This document shows positions 48,535-58,132 of a stretch of DNA of 64,000 nt, piece after piece. How positions within the stretch are numbered: position 1 is the first letter of the stretch; every line of letters starts with the position of its first letter. The notes under the pieces are model-generated. The model was not told the origin of the DNA. It did no database searches and saw only the letters and a list, made by a program, of their open reading frames with translations. Both the position numbers and the translations under genes were made by a program. Source of the stretch: Thermoanaerobaculia bacterium (GTDB lineage Bacteria > Acidobacteriota > Thermoanaerobaculia > UBA5066); NCBI GenBank assembly GCA_963719225.1, contig CAVRAY010000001.1, forward strand, positions 1,216,001 to 1,280,000, in the 5' to 3' direction.

Positions 48535-49394
48535 GCCCCGCGCCTACTCCGGTCCGCGAGGGCCGCCAGGCCTCCGGCGGATACGGGTACCACTGGGAGC
48601 TGCACGGCACGGGCTCTCGCGAGACCGTGTGCCTCCTGAACGGACTCGCGATGTCGACGAAGAGCTGGCTCTCCTTCCTCCCGGAGCTGACGCCGGCGTA
48701 CGACGTCCTTCTCTTCGATTACCTCGGGCAGGGCGCCTCCGACGACGCCGAGGTGAAAGGCGGAGCGATTCCCGCCTTCGGGGACGCCCTCGCGGGGATC
48801 CTCGATGCCGCGGGCCTCGGCCGAGTCCACGCGGTCGGGGTCTCCTACGGAGGATTCGTCGCCGCAGACTTCGCGCGACTTCACGGCCACCGCCTGCACA
48901 CGCTCACCCTTTCCGGAATCCTGCTGACCCGGGAGACGCTCTTCTCGATGTACCAGGACGTGTCGTTGCGGTTCTATCGGGGCGGGCCGGAGCTCTTCGA
49001 TCTGTACACGCGGTATCTCTACGAAAAGATCTTCGGCGAGGCGTTCGTGACCCGCGTCGGAGAGAAGCTCGAGTCGATGCGGGGCAATTTCCACGACCGT
49101 TATCGGGACCGGATCGAGGCGTTGGTCCGCCTCACCGAGGCGCAGGATCCGTTCTTCGCCGCTCTCGAGGCGAATGCTCCCGGGTACGCGGCGATCCCGT
49201 GCCCGGTGCTGGTCCTCGCGGGCGCCGAGGACCGCGCGATCCCGCCGTCTCAGCAGCGAAAGATCGCCGCCGTGATTCCGCACGCGCGTTACGAGGAGAT
49301 CGAGGGCTCGGGCCACGTCGTCTACCTCGAGCGGCCCGACCTCTTCTGGCCGCGCGTCAGGCGGTTCTTCGGGTCGAGGGATCCGGCTGCCTGA
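48531..49394 (+). CDS. Alpha/beta hydrolase
   Basis: LLNGLAM, DYLGQG, GVSYG, GAED, SGH; GTGA overlap with the upstream gene. Confidence 0.88.
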   Translation: MSPAPTPVREGRQASGGYGYHWELHGTGSRETVCLLNGLAMSTKSWLSFLPELTPAYDVLLFDYLGQGASDDAEVKGGAIPAFGDALAGILDAAGLGRVHAVGVSYGGFVAADFARLHGHRLHTLTLSGILLTRETLFSMYQDVSLRFYRGGPELFDLYTRYLYEKIFGEAFVTRVGEKLESMRGNFHDRYRDRIEALVRLTEAQDPFFAALEANAPGYAAIPCPVLVLAGAEDRAIPPSQQRKIAAVIPHARYEEIEGSGHVVYLERPDLFWPRVRRFFGSRDPAA

Positions 49395-49397
49395 CGC

Positions 49398-50063
49398 TCA
49401 GCGCCGGGCGCGCGCCAGGGGCGCGGGCGCGGGCGCGTCCGACGCGAGCATGGCCTCCCTCAGCACCCCGTGGCGGAGGATGTCCGCGATCTCCCTCACG
49501 ACGATGTCCGTGTCCTTTCCGAACTGGTCGGGGACGCCGAAGAGAATCTCGACGGCGTAGTACTGCAGGAAAACGCGGCTCGCGAGGATCACGGCGGTCG
49601 TCGCCGGAATGCCCGGGCGGATTTCCCTCGACAGCGCGCCTTCGCCGTGTGCCTTGAGGAAGCGCTCGAAGCGCGTGCCCATTTCCGCGTAGAACTTGCG
49701 GATGTGGTTGCCGGAGAGCTCGACGACGTCCACGTAGATGAGCGCGATGTACTTGCGGTACTGGCGCACGCTCTCGCGCGCTCCGGCCGCGATCTCCTCG
49801 AGGTTGTCGGGAAAATGGCCCGAGGCGAGGGCGCGGTTGAAGGGCAGGTCCGGGCTCTCGATCGCCTTCCAGTACTGGCCGAGAACCGTCTGGAAGATCG
49901 TCTCCTTGTCGGGAAAGTGGTGATAGACGTTTCCCGTGGAGACGCCGGCCGACTGCGCGATCTCGCGGATACTCGTGCCCCGGTAACCCTGGCTCGAGAA
50001 GAGATTCAGCGCGGCTTCGAGGATGGCCGCGCGGCTTTTCTCGGACCTCTTGTCCTGCTCCAC
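49398..50063 (-). CDS. TetR/AcrR family transcriptional regulator
   Basis: ILEAALNLFSSQGYRGTSIREIAQSAGVSTGNVYHHFPDKE. Confidence 0.93.
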   Translation of the reverse strand: MEQDKRSEKSRAAILEAALNLFSSQGYRGTSIREIAQSAGVSTGNVYHHFPDKETIFQTVLGQYWKAIESPDLPFNRALASGHFPDNLEEIAAGARESVRQYRKYIALIYVDVVELSGNHIRKFYAEMGTRFERFLKAHGEGALSREIRPGIPATTAVILASRVFLQYYAVEILFGVPDQFGKDTDIVVREIADILRHGVLREAMLASDAPAPAPLARARR

Positions 50064-50086
50064 TCCCCGAGTGTAGTCCCCGGCGC

Positions 50087-51403
50087 TCAGCGCGGAGCCG
50101 AGGCCGGCGTCGAGGCGCCTGCGAGGAGAGCTCTCAGGCGCGGAAACGCGGCGGCGATGTCGTCCATCGAGACCGCTCCCGCCGAAAGCCGGAACCAGCC
50201 CGTGTCGCCGGCGAGGCCGAACGCCTGGAACGGCACGACCCCGATGCCCGCGCCGAGAAGGAGCCGCCGCACGTCGTCGTTCGTTTTCACGAGGGTTCCG
50301 TTCACGCTGCTTCCGAAGAGGTCGAAGCGCGCCGAAAGGTAGATCGCGCCCTGCGGCTCGATCGCGTCCACCGGAAAGCCCTCGTTTTTCATGTCCATGA
50401 CGCCGCGGTACAGGGCTTCGAGACGCTGGACGAGCCTGGCGCGAACGGAGTCGCCATAGGCGGAGATGACCTCGGGCGCGTTCAGGAGCGCGGCGACGCC
50501 GACCTGCTCGGCTTTGGGCGCCCAGGCGCCGACGTGGCCGAGGATGTCGGACATGCGCCGCCGCACCGCGGGCGGCATGACGCCCCAGCCTACGCGCATT
50601 CCCGTCGCGCAGAAGGCCTTCGAGATCGCGTCGAGGAAGATCACGTACGGCGCGCTCTCGGGCACGAGCGCCACGGGGGTGTGGTGCACGGCCTTGCCGA
50701 ACGTGAGCGTCCAGTACACCTGGTCGTAGATGAAGTAGAGGGGCTTCTTTCCCGTAGCCTCGCGCCGCCGATTCTCGTCGACGACCATCGCCGCGATGGC
50801 CGTGAGGGCCTCCTTCGAGATGACGGTGCCCGTGGGGTTCAGCGGCGAGTTGAGGATGAGGAGCCGCGCCTCCGGCAGGTGCGGGCGGAGCTGGTCGGGC
50901 GTCGGGAAGAAGTTGGACGCGGCCGAGACGATCACCGGGACGCCGCGAGCGCCCGACAGGTAGGCGTAATGGTTGTTGTTCCAGGTGGGAACGGGGTAGA
51001 TCGCGGTCTCGCCGGGATCGACGAGCGTCCGATACGCGCCGTAGAGGAGGGGCCTCGCGCCCGAGGCGATGACGACCGAGTCGACGGGATACGAGAGCCC
51101 GAGGTCCCTCTCGTAGAGGCGCACGACGGCCTCGCGCAGCGGCAGGATGCCTTCGGCGGGCGGGTAGTTCGTCTGTCCTGCTTCGAGAGCCTTGCACGTG
51201 CCCTCGAGCAGCTCCTTCGGGATCGGGAAGTACTTCGGGTCGAAGTCGCCGACCGTGAGGTTGCAGACGGGAAGGCCCTTCGCCTGCATTGCGCGGATCT
51301 CCCCGGAGATGCGCAGGATCTCGGAGCCGACGACGCCGCGGGCGAGCGCGGAAAGGCCGGCGTCGCCCTTTTCGGGCGATTGAAAGTAGGGAGTGACGTC
51401 CAT
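50087..51403 (-). CDS. PLP-dependent aminotransferase class I/II (aspartate aminotransferase-like)
   Basis: NLTVGD, NSPLNPTG, DQVY, SKAFCATGMRVGW. Confidence 0.9.
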   Translation of the reverse strand: MDVTPYFQSPEKGDAGLSALARGVVGSEILRISGEIRAMQAKGLPVCNLTVGDFDPKYFPIPKELLEGTCKALEAGQTNYPPAEGILPLREAVVRLYERDLGLSYPVDSVVIASGARPLLYGAYRTLVDPGETAIYPVPTWNNNHYAYLSGARGVPVIVSAASNFFPTPDQLRPHLPEARLLILNSPLNPTGTVISKEALTAIAAMVVDENRRREATGKKPLYFIYDQVYWTLTFGKAVHHTPVALVPESAPYVIFLDAISKAFCATGMRVGWGVMPPAVRRRMSDILGHVGAWAPKAEQVGVAALLNAPEVISAYGDSVRARLVQRLEALYRGVMDMKNEGFPVDAIEPQGAIYLSARFDLFGSSVNGTLVKTNDDVRRLLLGAGIGVVPFQAFGLAGDTGWFRLSAGAVSMDDIAAAFPRLRALLAGASTPASAPR

Positions 51404-51429
51404 CGTTCGAAGTCTATTACGCCGCATCA

Positions 51430-51478
51430 CCTTCATAGTGCAAAGTACTTGACAGAGGCAACCCGGTGGCGTCACGCT
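51430..51478 (+). promoter_or_regulatory. Promoter (TTGACA-N18-CACGCT) with adjacent operator-like site CCTTC-N7-AAAGT
   Basis: AT-rich divergent intergenic region; the site resembles the palindrome at 52474. Confidence 0.45.
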
Positions 51479-51487
51479 CTTCGGGCG

Positions 51488-52075
51488 ATGGCGGCGGAGC
51501 CGACGGCGAACCTGAAAGACCGGGCCGAAGAGGACCTGAGGTTCATCCGCGCGGCGATGGGCCGCGGGGCGGCCTTCACGTGCGTGCCCGGTCGGGGAGG
51601 CGTCGTGATGGGTGCGGTCGGTGCGGTCGCCGCCGTGCTCGCCTCGAGGACTCTCTCGCCGCGCGACTGGCTCGCCGTCTGGGCAGGGGCCGGGGTTCTC
51701 TCCTTCGCGGTCGGCGTCGCCACACTTCTCCGGAAGGCGCGGCACGCGGATCACCGGCCCGCCAGCTCGGCGGCCCGCAGGTTCGCGCTGGCGCTCCTTC
51801 CGCCTCTCGTCGCCGGCGCGGCCCTCACCGCCGCGCTCGCCCGCGCCGGCTCCTACGCGCTCCTGCCGGCCGTCTGGCTCCTTTTCTACGGCTGCGCGGT
51901 GGTCGGAGCGGGCGTTTCGTCCGTGCCCGTGGTCCCGGCATTCGGCGGAGCCCTCGTCGTGCTTGGACTCGCCGCTCTCCTTCTGCCCGGCTCGGGGAAC
52001 CTCCTTCTCGGCCTCGGGTTCGGTGCCGGCCACGTCGTTTCGGGGCTCGTCGTCGCCCGGAGATACGGTGGCTGA
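51488..52075 (+). CDS. Hypothetical membrane protein
   Basis: AEEDLRFIRAAM N-terminus followed by about six TM helices; precedes a wHTH regulator. Confidence 0.75.
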   Translation: MAAEPTANLKDRAEEDLRFIRAAMGRGAAFTCVPGRGGVVMGAVGAVAAVLASRTLSPRDWLAVWAGAGVLSFAVGVATLLRKARHADHRPASSAARRFALALLPPLVAGAALTAALARAGSYALLPAVWLLFYGCAVVGAGVSSVPVVPAFGGALVVLGLAALLLPGSGNLLLGLGFGAGHVVSGLVVARRYGG

Positions 52076-52433
52076 GGCCGCGCGTTCCCGCACGGCCGGG
52101 AAGGAACGGCAGAAGAAGGCGGCACCCGCGCCATCCGAAGCCATGCGGCTCGAGGGGCTCATCCACGAGCGCCTCCGCCTCGGGATCGTGAGCGCGCTCG
52201 CAGGAGCGCCTTCCCTCACCTTCGTGGAGCTCAAGGAGATCCTCGGAGCGACGGACGGGAACCTCTCCGTCCATGCCCGCAGGCTCGAGGAGGCCGGCTA
52301 CGTCTCGTGCGTGAAAGGCTTCGACGGACGCGTGCCCCGGACGGAGTTCCGCCTCACCGAGGACGGCCGCCGGGCGCTGCGCCGCTACCTCGACCACCTC
52401 GAAGCGCTCATCGAGGCCACCCGGAGGCGCTGA
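52068..52433 (+). CDS. Winged-helix transcriptional regulator (HTH_34, MarR/ArsR-like)
   Basis: IHERLRLGIVSAL, TDGNLSVHARRLEEAGYV, PRTEFRLT. Confidence 0.9.
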   Translation: MAEAARSRTAGKERQKKAAPAPSEAMRLEGLIHERLRLGIVSALAGAPSLTFVELKEILGATDGNLSVHARRLEEAGYVSCVKGFDGRVPRTEFRLTEDGRRALRRYLDHLEALIEATRRR

Positions 52434-52473
52434 AACACCATGAGTGTGAACCCGGACGAAAGCATCGCCACCA

Positions 52474-52490
52474 ACTTTGTGTCATAAAGT
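52474..52490. promoter_or_regulatory. Palindromic operator ACTTT-N7-AAAGT
   Basis: ACTTTGTGTCATAAAGT, overlapping TAGAAT, just upstream of CDS 52507. Confidence 0.55.
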
Positions 52491-52506
52491 AGAATGAGGA
52501 TTCCCG

Positions 52507-53142
52507 ATGTACACGAACTTCTCCTTCCTCCCCCCGCCGCTCGCCGTGCTCGCCTTCCTCGGAACGGGCTTCCTGACGGCCGCTCTCCTCGCCGCGGCGG
52601 CGATCTTCGCCCTCGCGGGGCGCGCGCCGCTCGCGCGCCGGCTCCTCCTCGGTTCGACCGTGCTCCCGGCGGCCTATGCGGCCGCTCTCTTCGGCCTCGG
52701 GACTGCGGCGCGGGAGCGGACCGTCCCTCGCGGCGGCGAGAAGTTCTTCTGCGAGATCGACTGCCACGTCGGCTATTCGGTCGCCGCCTTCGTCGAATCG
52801 GCGGAGAGCGGCGGGCGGCGAGCCGTCGTGACGCTCCGGTCGCGTTTCGACGAGACCACGATCTCGCCGCGCCGCGGGAACGAGTCGCTCGTGCCGAATC
52901 CACGTTCCGCGGCTCTCGTCGACGCCCGGGGCCGCCGCTTCGTCGCCGAGCCCGCGGGGGTCGCAGCGCTGAAGGCCGCGCTCCGGCCGGGTGAGTCCTA
53001 CGCGACGGACCTCGTCTTCCGGATCCCGGAGGACGCGGGGGAAGTCAGGCTCTCTCTCGTGGAGGCGGATAACCTGGTTCGACTCCTCCTCGGCCACGAG
53101 CGCGCACCCCTGGCCGGTGAAACGCTCCTCGCCTTGAGGTGA
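52507..53142 (+). CDS. Hypothetical membrane-anchored protein with Ig-like C-terminal domain
   Basis: GAGG RBS, two TM helices, CEIDC, LRPGES motif. Confidence 0.7.
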   Translation: MYTNFSFLPPPLAVLAFLGTGFLTAALLAAAAIFALAGRAPLARRLLLGSTVLPAAYAAALFGLGTAARERTVPRGGEKFFCEIDCHVGYSVAAFVESAESGGRRAVVTLRSRFDETTISPRRGNESLVPNPRSAALVDARGRRFVAEPAGVAALKAALRPGESYATDLVFRIPEDAGEVRLSLVEADNLVRLLLGHERAPLAGETLLALR

Positions 53143-53170
53143 CGGCGCCCCTGCTAATCTCCGGCGCGAT

Positions 53171-54949
53171 ATGCGCTGGTCCCAGTCGTTTCTCGTGACT
53201 CTCCGCGAGGTGCCCGGCGACGCCGAGGTCGTCTCGCATCAGCTCCTTTACCGCGCCGGGCTCATCCACAAGCTCGCGGCGGGCATCTATTCGTTCACGC
53301 CGTTCGGGTTCCGGTCGCTCAAGAAGATGATCGACATCGTGCGCGAGGAGATGGACTCCACCGGCGCGATGGAGGTCGACCTGCCCATCCTGCAGCCGAA
53401 GGAGCTGTGGGTGGAATCCGGCCGCTGGCAGCGCTACGTGGACGACGGAATCCTCTTTCACCTGGAGGACCGCAAGGGCGGCGAGTTCGCACTCGCGCCG
53501 ACGGCCGAGGAGGCCGTCACCGACATGGTGCGGCGCTCCGTCACGTCCTGGCGGCAGCTCCCGTTCAACCTGTACCAGATCCGCACGAAGTTCCGCGACG
53601 AGATCCGCCCACGCTTCGGTCTCCTGCGCGGCCGCGAGTTCCTCATGAAGGACGCGTACTCGTTCGACGTGGACCAGAAGGGCCTCGACGTGCATTACCG
53701 GAAGATGGACGCAGCGTACCGGCGCATCTTCGAACGCTGCAACCTCGAGTACGCCCTCGTGGAAGCCGACTCGGGCGCCATCGGCGGCTCCGCCTCGCAG
53801 GAGTTCATGGTCGTGGCGGACACGGGCGAGGACGCGCTCGTCTTCTCCGACGCGGGCGACTACGGCGCGAACGTGGAGAAGGCCGTCACGGCCCCGCTCC
53901 CCGAGCCGTGGGCGGGGGAGGAGGCGAAACCCTTCGGCTTGGCGAACGCGCCGACGCCGGGTCTTTATACCTGTGAGGACCAGGCGAAGCACTTCGGGAC
54001 GACGACGTCGCGCATCGTCAAGACGATGATCTTCGAATGGGTAAGAGGCGAGGACGAGGCCGGGATCGCCGCGGTTCTGATCCGTGGCGATCTCGACATC
54101 CAGGAAGTCAAGCTGCCGAAGGCGCTCGGCGTTTCGCACGTCAAGTTCGTTTCCGAAGAGATTCTCAGAATGGTATCGGGCACGCGCCCCGGTTTCGTCG
54201 GGCCGCTCGGTCTTCTTCCCTTCAAAGAAAATCCGATTCCCCTCTTCGTCGACCGTTCGCTCGAGCACGCCGTCAACGTGTGGTGCGGAGCGAACAAAGA
54301 CGGCCTCCACCATTCGAACGTCTCGATCTCGCGCGACGTCATGTCGCTGCCCGCGTTTTCCGGTGTCGTCGAGGTCGCGACCGCGCGCGAGGGCGATCCC
54401 TCGCCCACGGGCAAAGGCACGCTTCGGATCCGGCGCGGCATCGAGGTGGGCCACATCTTCAAGCTCGGCACGAAGTACTCCGAGGCGATGAAATGCGAGG
54501 TCGCCGACCAGGCCCAGAAGATGGTGCCTCTCACGATGGGCTGCTACGGGCTCGGCCTCGGCCGCACGGTGGCGGCGGCCATCGAGCAGAATCACGACGA
54601 GCTCGGCATCATCTGGCCGGTGCCGCTCGCGCCGTTTGCGTGCGTCGTCGCGGCGCTCCAGCGCGACGCTCCCGTCGTCGAGGCGGCGAGTGCGCTCTAC
54701 GAGGGCCTCAAGGCCGCGGGCGTGGAGGTTTTCTACGACGACCGCGACGAGAGGCCGGGCGTGAAGTTCAAGGACCTCGACCTCATCGGCTTCCCCGTGC
54801 GTGTCGTCGTGGGCGGCAAGGGCCTCGCGAAGGGCGTCGTCGAGGTCTCCACGCGCCGCGAGAGGAAGGCCGCCGAGATCGCGCCGGACCGCGTCGTGGA
54901 GCTCGTCACGAAGACGCTCGCGGCGGGGGCGAAGACGCTGGTGGGTTGA
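53171..54949 (+). CDS. proS: Proline--tRNA ligase (with INS editing domain)
   Basis: SHQLL, ESGRW, KFRDEIRPRFGLLRGREFLMKDAYSF, GIEVGHIFKLG, GCYG, DDR. Confidence 0.97.
   Translation: MRWSQSFLVTLREVPGDAEVVSHQLLYRAGLIHKLAAGIYSFTPFGFRSLKKMIDIVREEMDSTGAMEVDLPILQPKELWVESGRWQRYVDDGILFHLEDRKGGEFALAPTAEEAVTDMVRRSVTSWRQLPFNLYQIRTKFRDEIRPRFGLLRGREFLMKDAYSFDVDQKGLDVHYRKMDAAYRRIFERCNLEYALVEADSGAIGGSASQEFMVVADTGEDALVFSDAGDYGANVEKAVTAPLPEPWAGEEAKPFGLANAPTPGLYTCEDQAKHFGTTTSRIVKTMIFEWVRGEDEAGIAAVLIRGDLDIQEVKLPKALGVSHVKFVSEEILRMVSGTRPGFVGPLGLLPFKENPIPLFVDRSLEHAVNVWCGANKDGLHHSNVSISRDVMSLPAFSGVVEVATAREGDPSPTGKGTLRIRRGIEVGHIFKLGTKYSEAMKCEVADQAQKMVPLTMGCYGLGLGRTVAAAIEQNHDELGIIWPVPLAPFACVVAALQRDAPVVEAASALYEGLKAAGVEVFYDDRDERPGVKFKDLDLIGFPVRVVVGGKGLAKGVVEVSTRRERKAAEIAPDRVVELVTKTLAAGAKTLVG
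54025..54234. repeat. Motif cluster 7 inside proS (54025-54048 and 54155-54175 forward; 54211-54234 reverse)
   Basis: GAAGAGATTCTCAGAATGGTA and TCTTCTTCCCTTCAAAGAAAATCC; cores 59 bp apart. Confidence 0.6.
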
Positions 54950-54983
54950 TTGTGTGAGATCATGTGTAGGCATGGAGGGAGAC

Positions 54984-55184
54984 GTGCCTACGAATCTCGC
55001 GATCGACGACGGCCTTCTCGCCGAGGCGCTCAAGATCGGCGGCCTCAAGACGAAGAGGGAGACGGTCAATCAGGCGCTCGAAGACTTCATCCGGGCCCGA
55101 AAGCGGCTTAGCGCCCTGAAGCGTCTCGGGACGATCGAGTTCGCTCAGCGTTGGAACCACAAGGCGGATCGCCGGCGCCGGTGA
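54984..55184 (+). CDS. vapB: VapB-family antitoxin
   Basis: MPTNLAIDDGLL...KTKRETVNQAL; GGAGG RBS; overlaps the toxin gene. Confidence 0.85.
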   Translation: MPTNLAIDDGLLAEALKIGGLKTKRETVNQALEDFIRARKRLSALKRLGTIEFAQRWNHKADRRRR

Positions 55185-55594
55185 TCGCTCTCGACACTTC
55201 GCTGCTTTCGGCGGTCTTCCGGAGGCGAAAGCCATCGAGGGGCCCGGAACCGCGGGAAGCGGAGCTCTTTCGGCGCCTCGTCGAGTCGGAAGAGCCCATG
55301 TTCGTCCCGGGCATCGTGCTGCAGGAGCTCCTGTCGGGCGCGCGCTCGGAGACGCAGCGTCGCCGCCTGGAGGAGATCCTGGAAGGTTTCGAAGTACGGA
55401 CCGCAGTGGTCGAAGATCACCGGCTGGCCGCGACGATCCGTGACGAGTGCCGCCGAAAAGGAATCACGGCTGCCGCAATCGACTGTCTCATCACCGCTCA
55501 GGCCATTCGCGCCGACGCCCATCTCTTCACGCTCGACCGGGACTTCGATCGCATTGCAGCCATCTCGAATCTGCGCCTTCTGAGAGAACCATGA
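55181..55594 (+). CDS. vapC: VapC PIN-domain toxin
   Basis: IALDTS, LQELLSG, IDCLI, LFTLDRDF. Confidence 0.88.
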   Translation: MIALDTSLLSAVFRRRKPSRGPEPREAELFRRLVESEEPMFVPGIVLQELLSGARSETQRRRLEEILEGFEVRTAVVEDHRLAATIRDECRRKGITAAAIDCLITAQAIRADAHLFTLDRDFDRIAAISNLRLLREP

Positions 55595-55764
55595 CGACCG
55601 CGGGCCTTTCGCTCACGGAGGATCGCCTTTCGGAAGCCGTCTCGGTCTCCACGGCGTGCCTCGAGTCCGGCACGGACGAGGACGCGGATACGGCGCTGAG
55701 AGGCGCGTTTCACGGATTTCGTCTCGAAATCGTGCTCCCCGCTCTCGTCGCTCGCCTTCGTTAG
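55591..55764 (+). CDS. Short hypothetical ORF or gene remnant (57 aa)
   Basis: ATGA-coupled to vapC; no recognisable motif. Confidence 0.3.
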   Translation: MTTAGLSLTEDRLSEAVSVSTACLESGTDEDADTALRGAFHGFRLEIVLPALVARLR

Positions 55765-55833
55765 TACGTCCGCATCAATTCGGGGAGGGGGGCGCCATCC
55801 TAGAATCGCCGCGGGACTACGAAAGGAACACGC

Positions 55834-58089
55834 GTGAGCCTTTCCAAGCAGGATGCCCTCGACTATCACTCCACGGGCCGCAAGGGCAAGCTGGAGGTCA
55901 TTCCCTCCAAGCCGTGCGCCACGGCCCGCGACCTCTCTCTCGCCTACACGCCCGGAGTCGCCGACCCGTGCCTCGAGATCGCGCGGGACTCCGACCTCGT
56001 CTACGAGTACACGGGCAAGGGAAACCTCGTCGCCGTCATCTCGAACGGCACGGCCGTCCTCGGCCTGGGTGACATCGGCCCGCTCGCCGGGAAGCCCGTG
56101 ATGGAGGGGAAAGGCGTCCTCTTCAAGAGGTTCGCCGACGTCGATGTCTTCGACATCGAGATCGACGAAAAGGATCCGGACAAGCTCATCGAATGCATCG
56201 CCCGACTCGAACCGACGTTCGGCGGGATCAACCTCGAGGACATCAAGGCGCCGGAGTGCTTCTACATCGAAGAGAAGCTCAAGGCGCGGATGAAAATCCC
56301 CGTCTTCCACGACGACCAGCACGGCACGGCGATCATCTCCGCGGCCGCGTTCCTGAACGCGCTCGAGATCGCGGGCAAGAAGCTCGAGGACGTCAAGGTC
56401 GTCTTCGCGGGCGCCGGCGCGGCCGCGAACGCGTGCGCGAACCTCTACATCACGTACGGCGTGCGGCTCGAGAACATCCTCATGGTCGACCGGACGGGCG
56501 TGATCTGGAAGGGCCGGACGGAGAACATGAACCCCTACAAGGAGCGCTTCGCCCGCGACACGAAGAAGCGCACCGTCGCCGAGGCGCTCGAGGGCGCCGA
56601 CGCCTTCATCGGCGTTTCCGCGGCGAAGCTCATCACCGGAGAGATGATCAAGAAGATGGCGAAGGATCCGATCATCTTCGCCATGGCCAACCCGGTGCCG
56701 GAGATCTCCCCGGAGGAGGCGAAGGCCGCGCGTCCCGACGTGATCATGGCGACGGGCCGCTCGGATTATCCGAACCAGGTCAACAACGTCCTCGGCTTTC
56801 CGTTCATCTTCCGCGGAGCGCTCGACTGCCGCGCGACGCAGATCAACGAAGCGATGAAGCTGGCCGCCTCCAAAGCCCTCGCGGACCTCGCGAAGGAGGA
56901 CGTGCCCGACTCGGTCGCCCGCGCCTACGGCGTCGATCATTTCAAGTTCGGGCGCGAATACCTGATCCCGAAGCCGTTCGACTGGCGCGTGCTTCACCAC
57001 GTTGCGCCGGCCGTGGCCGCGGCGGCCGCCGCGACGGGAGTCGCGAAACAGCCCATCGCGGACCTCGAGGCGTACGGCCGGAAGCTCGAGGGCATGCTCT
57101 CGCGCTCCCGGTCCTTCATGCAGGTCATCCACGAGAAGGCGAAGTCGAACCCGAAGCGGATCGTCCTGGCTGAGGGCGATCACCCGAAGATCCAGCGAGC
57201 GGCCAAGATCCTCGCCGAGGAGGGAATCGCCTGGCCGATCCTCCTCTCGCGCGGGAAGAAGGCCGAGGCGGCGCTCGGCGTGCTCGACGTGAAGGCGCCG
57301 ATCACGGTCGTCGATCCGGAGGAGCATCCGCATTTCAAGAGCTACGTCGAGGCTTTCTGGGAAAAGCGGAAGCGCCACGGCGTGACGAAGGAAGACGCGG
57401 AGCACATGGTGCGCGTCCGGAACTTCTTCGCGGGGATGATGGTCGCCCAGGGAGACGCCGACGTCGCGCTCTCGGGCCTGACGACCTATTACCCGGAGAC
57501 GATCCGGCCGGCGCTTCTGACGATCGGCGTCGCGCCGGACGCGAAGAAGGTTTCGGGCCTCTACATTCTCATCCTGCAGGACCGGGTCTTCTTCTTTGCC
57601 GACACGACCGTCAACATCGATCCGACGGCGGAGGACCTCGCGGAGATCGCGATCCGTTCCGCGGACACCGCGAAGCTCTTCAACATCGTGCCGCGTGTGG
57701 CGATGATCGCTTTCTCCAACTTCGGCTCGACGCGCACGCCGGTCACCGACAAGGTGCGCGCGGCCGTGAAGCTCGTGCACGAGCGGCGGCCCGATCTCGA
57801 ATGTGACGGCGAGATGCAGGCCGACACCGCCGTCCTGCCGCAGTTCCTGACGGAGAATTACCCCTGGACCTCGCTCACGGGCGCGCCCAACGTCCTCGTC
57901 TTCCCGGAGCTCCAGAGCGCGAACGCGGCCTACAAGCTCGTCTGGCGTCTCGCGAAGGCGGAGGCGATCGGGCCGATCCTCATGGGGATGGGCAAGCCCG
58001 TGCACGTCCTCCAGCGCGGCGTCGAGGTCTCGGACATCGTCAACATGGCCGCTTTCGGCGTGGTGGACGCTCAGTCGCGGAAGGCGTGA
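55834..58089 (+). CDS. maeB: NADP-dependent malic enzyme with phosphotransacetylase-like domain
   Basis: [36 protein letters not shown]-terminal DGEMQAD and GPILMG; TAGAAT and AAGGA upstream. Confidence 0.96.
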   Translation: MSLSKQDALDYHSTGRKGKLEVIPSKPCATARDLSLAYTPGVADPCLEIARDSDLVYEYTGKGNLVAVISNGTAVLGLGDIGPLAGKPVMEGKGVLFKRFADVDVFDIEIDEKDPDKLIECIARLEPTFGGINLEDIKAPECFYIEEKLKARMKIPVFHDDQHGTAIISAAAFLNALEIAGKKLEDVKVVFAGAGAAANACANLYITYGVRLENILMVDRTGVIWKGRTENMNPYKERFARDTKKRTVAEALEGADAFIGVSAAKLITGEMIKKMAKDPIIFAMANPVPEISPEEAKAARPDVIMATGRSDYPNQVNNVLGFPFIFRGALDCRATQINEAMKLAASKALADLAKEDVPDSVARAYGVDHFKFGREYLIPKPFDWRVLHHVAPAVAAAAAATGVAKQPIADLEAYGRKLEGMLSRSRSFMQVIHEKAKSNPKRIVLAEGDHPKIQRAAKILAEEGIAWPILLSRGKKAEAALGVLDVKAPITVVDPEEHPHFKSYVEAFWEKRKRHGVTKEDAEHMVRVRNFFAGMMVAQGDADVALSGLTTYYPETIRPALLTIGVAPDAKKVSGLYILILQDRVFFFADTTVNIDPTAEDLAEIAIRSADTAKLFNIVPRVAMIAFSNFGSTRTPVTDKVRAAVKLVHERRPDLECDGEMQADTAVLPQFLTENYPWTSLTGAPNVLVFPELQSANAAYKLVWRLAKAEAIGPILMGMGKPVHVLQRGVEVSDIVNMAAFGVVDAQSRKA

Positions 58090-58132
58090 TCCCGGGGCAC
58101 GCGGTTCGCCCGTCCGCTACGATGCGGGCCGC

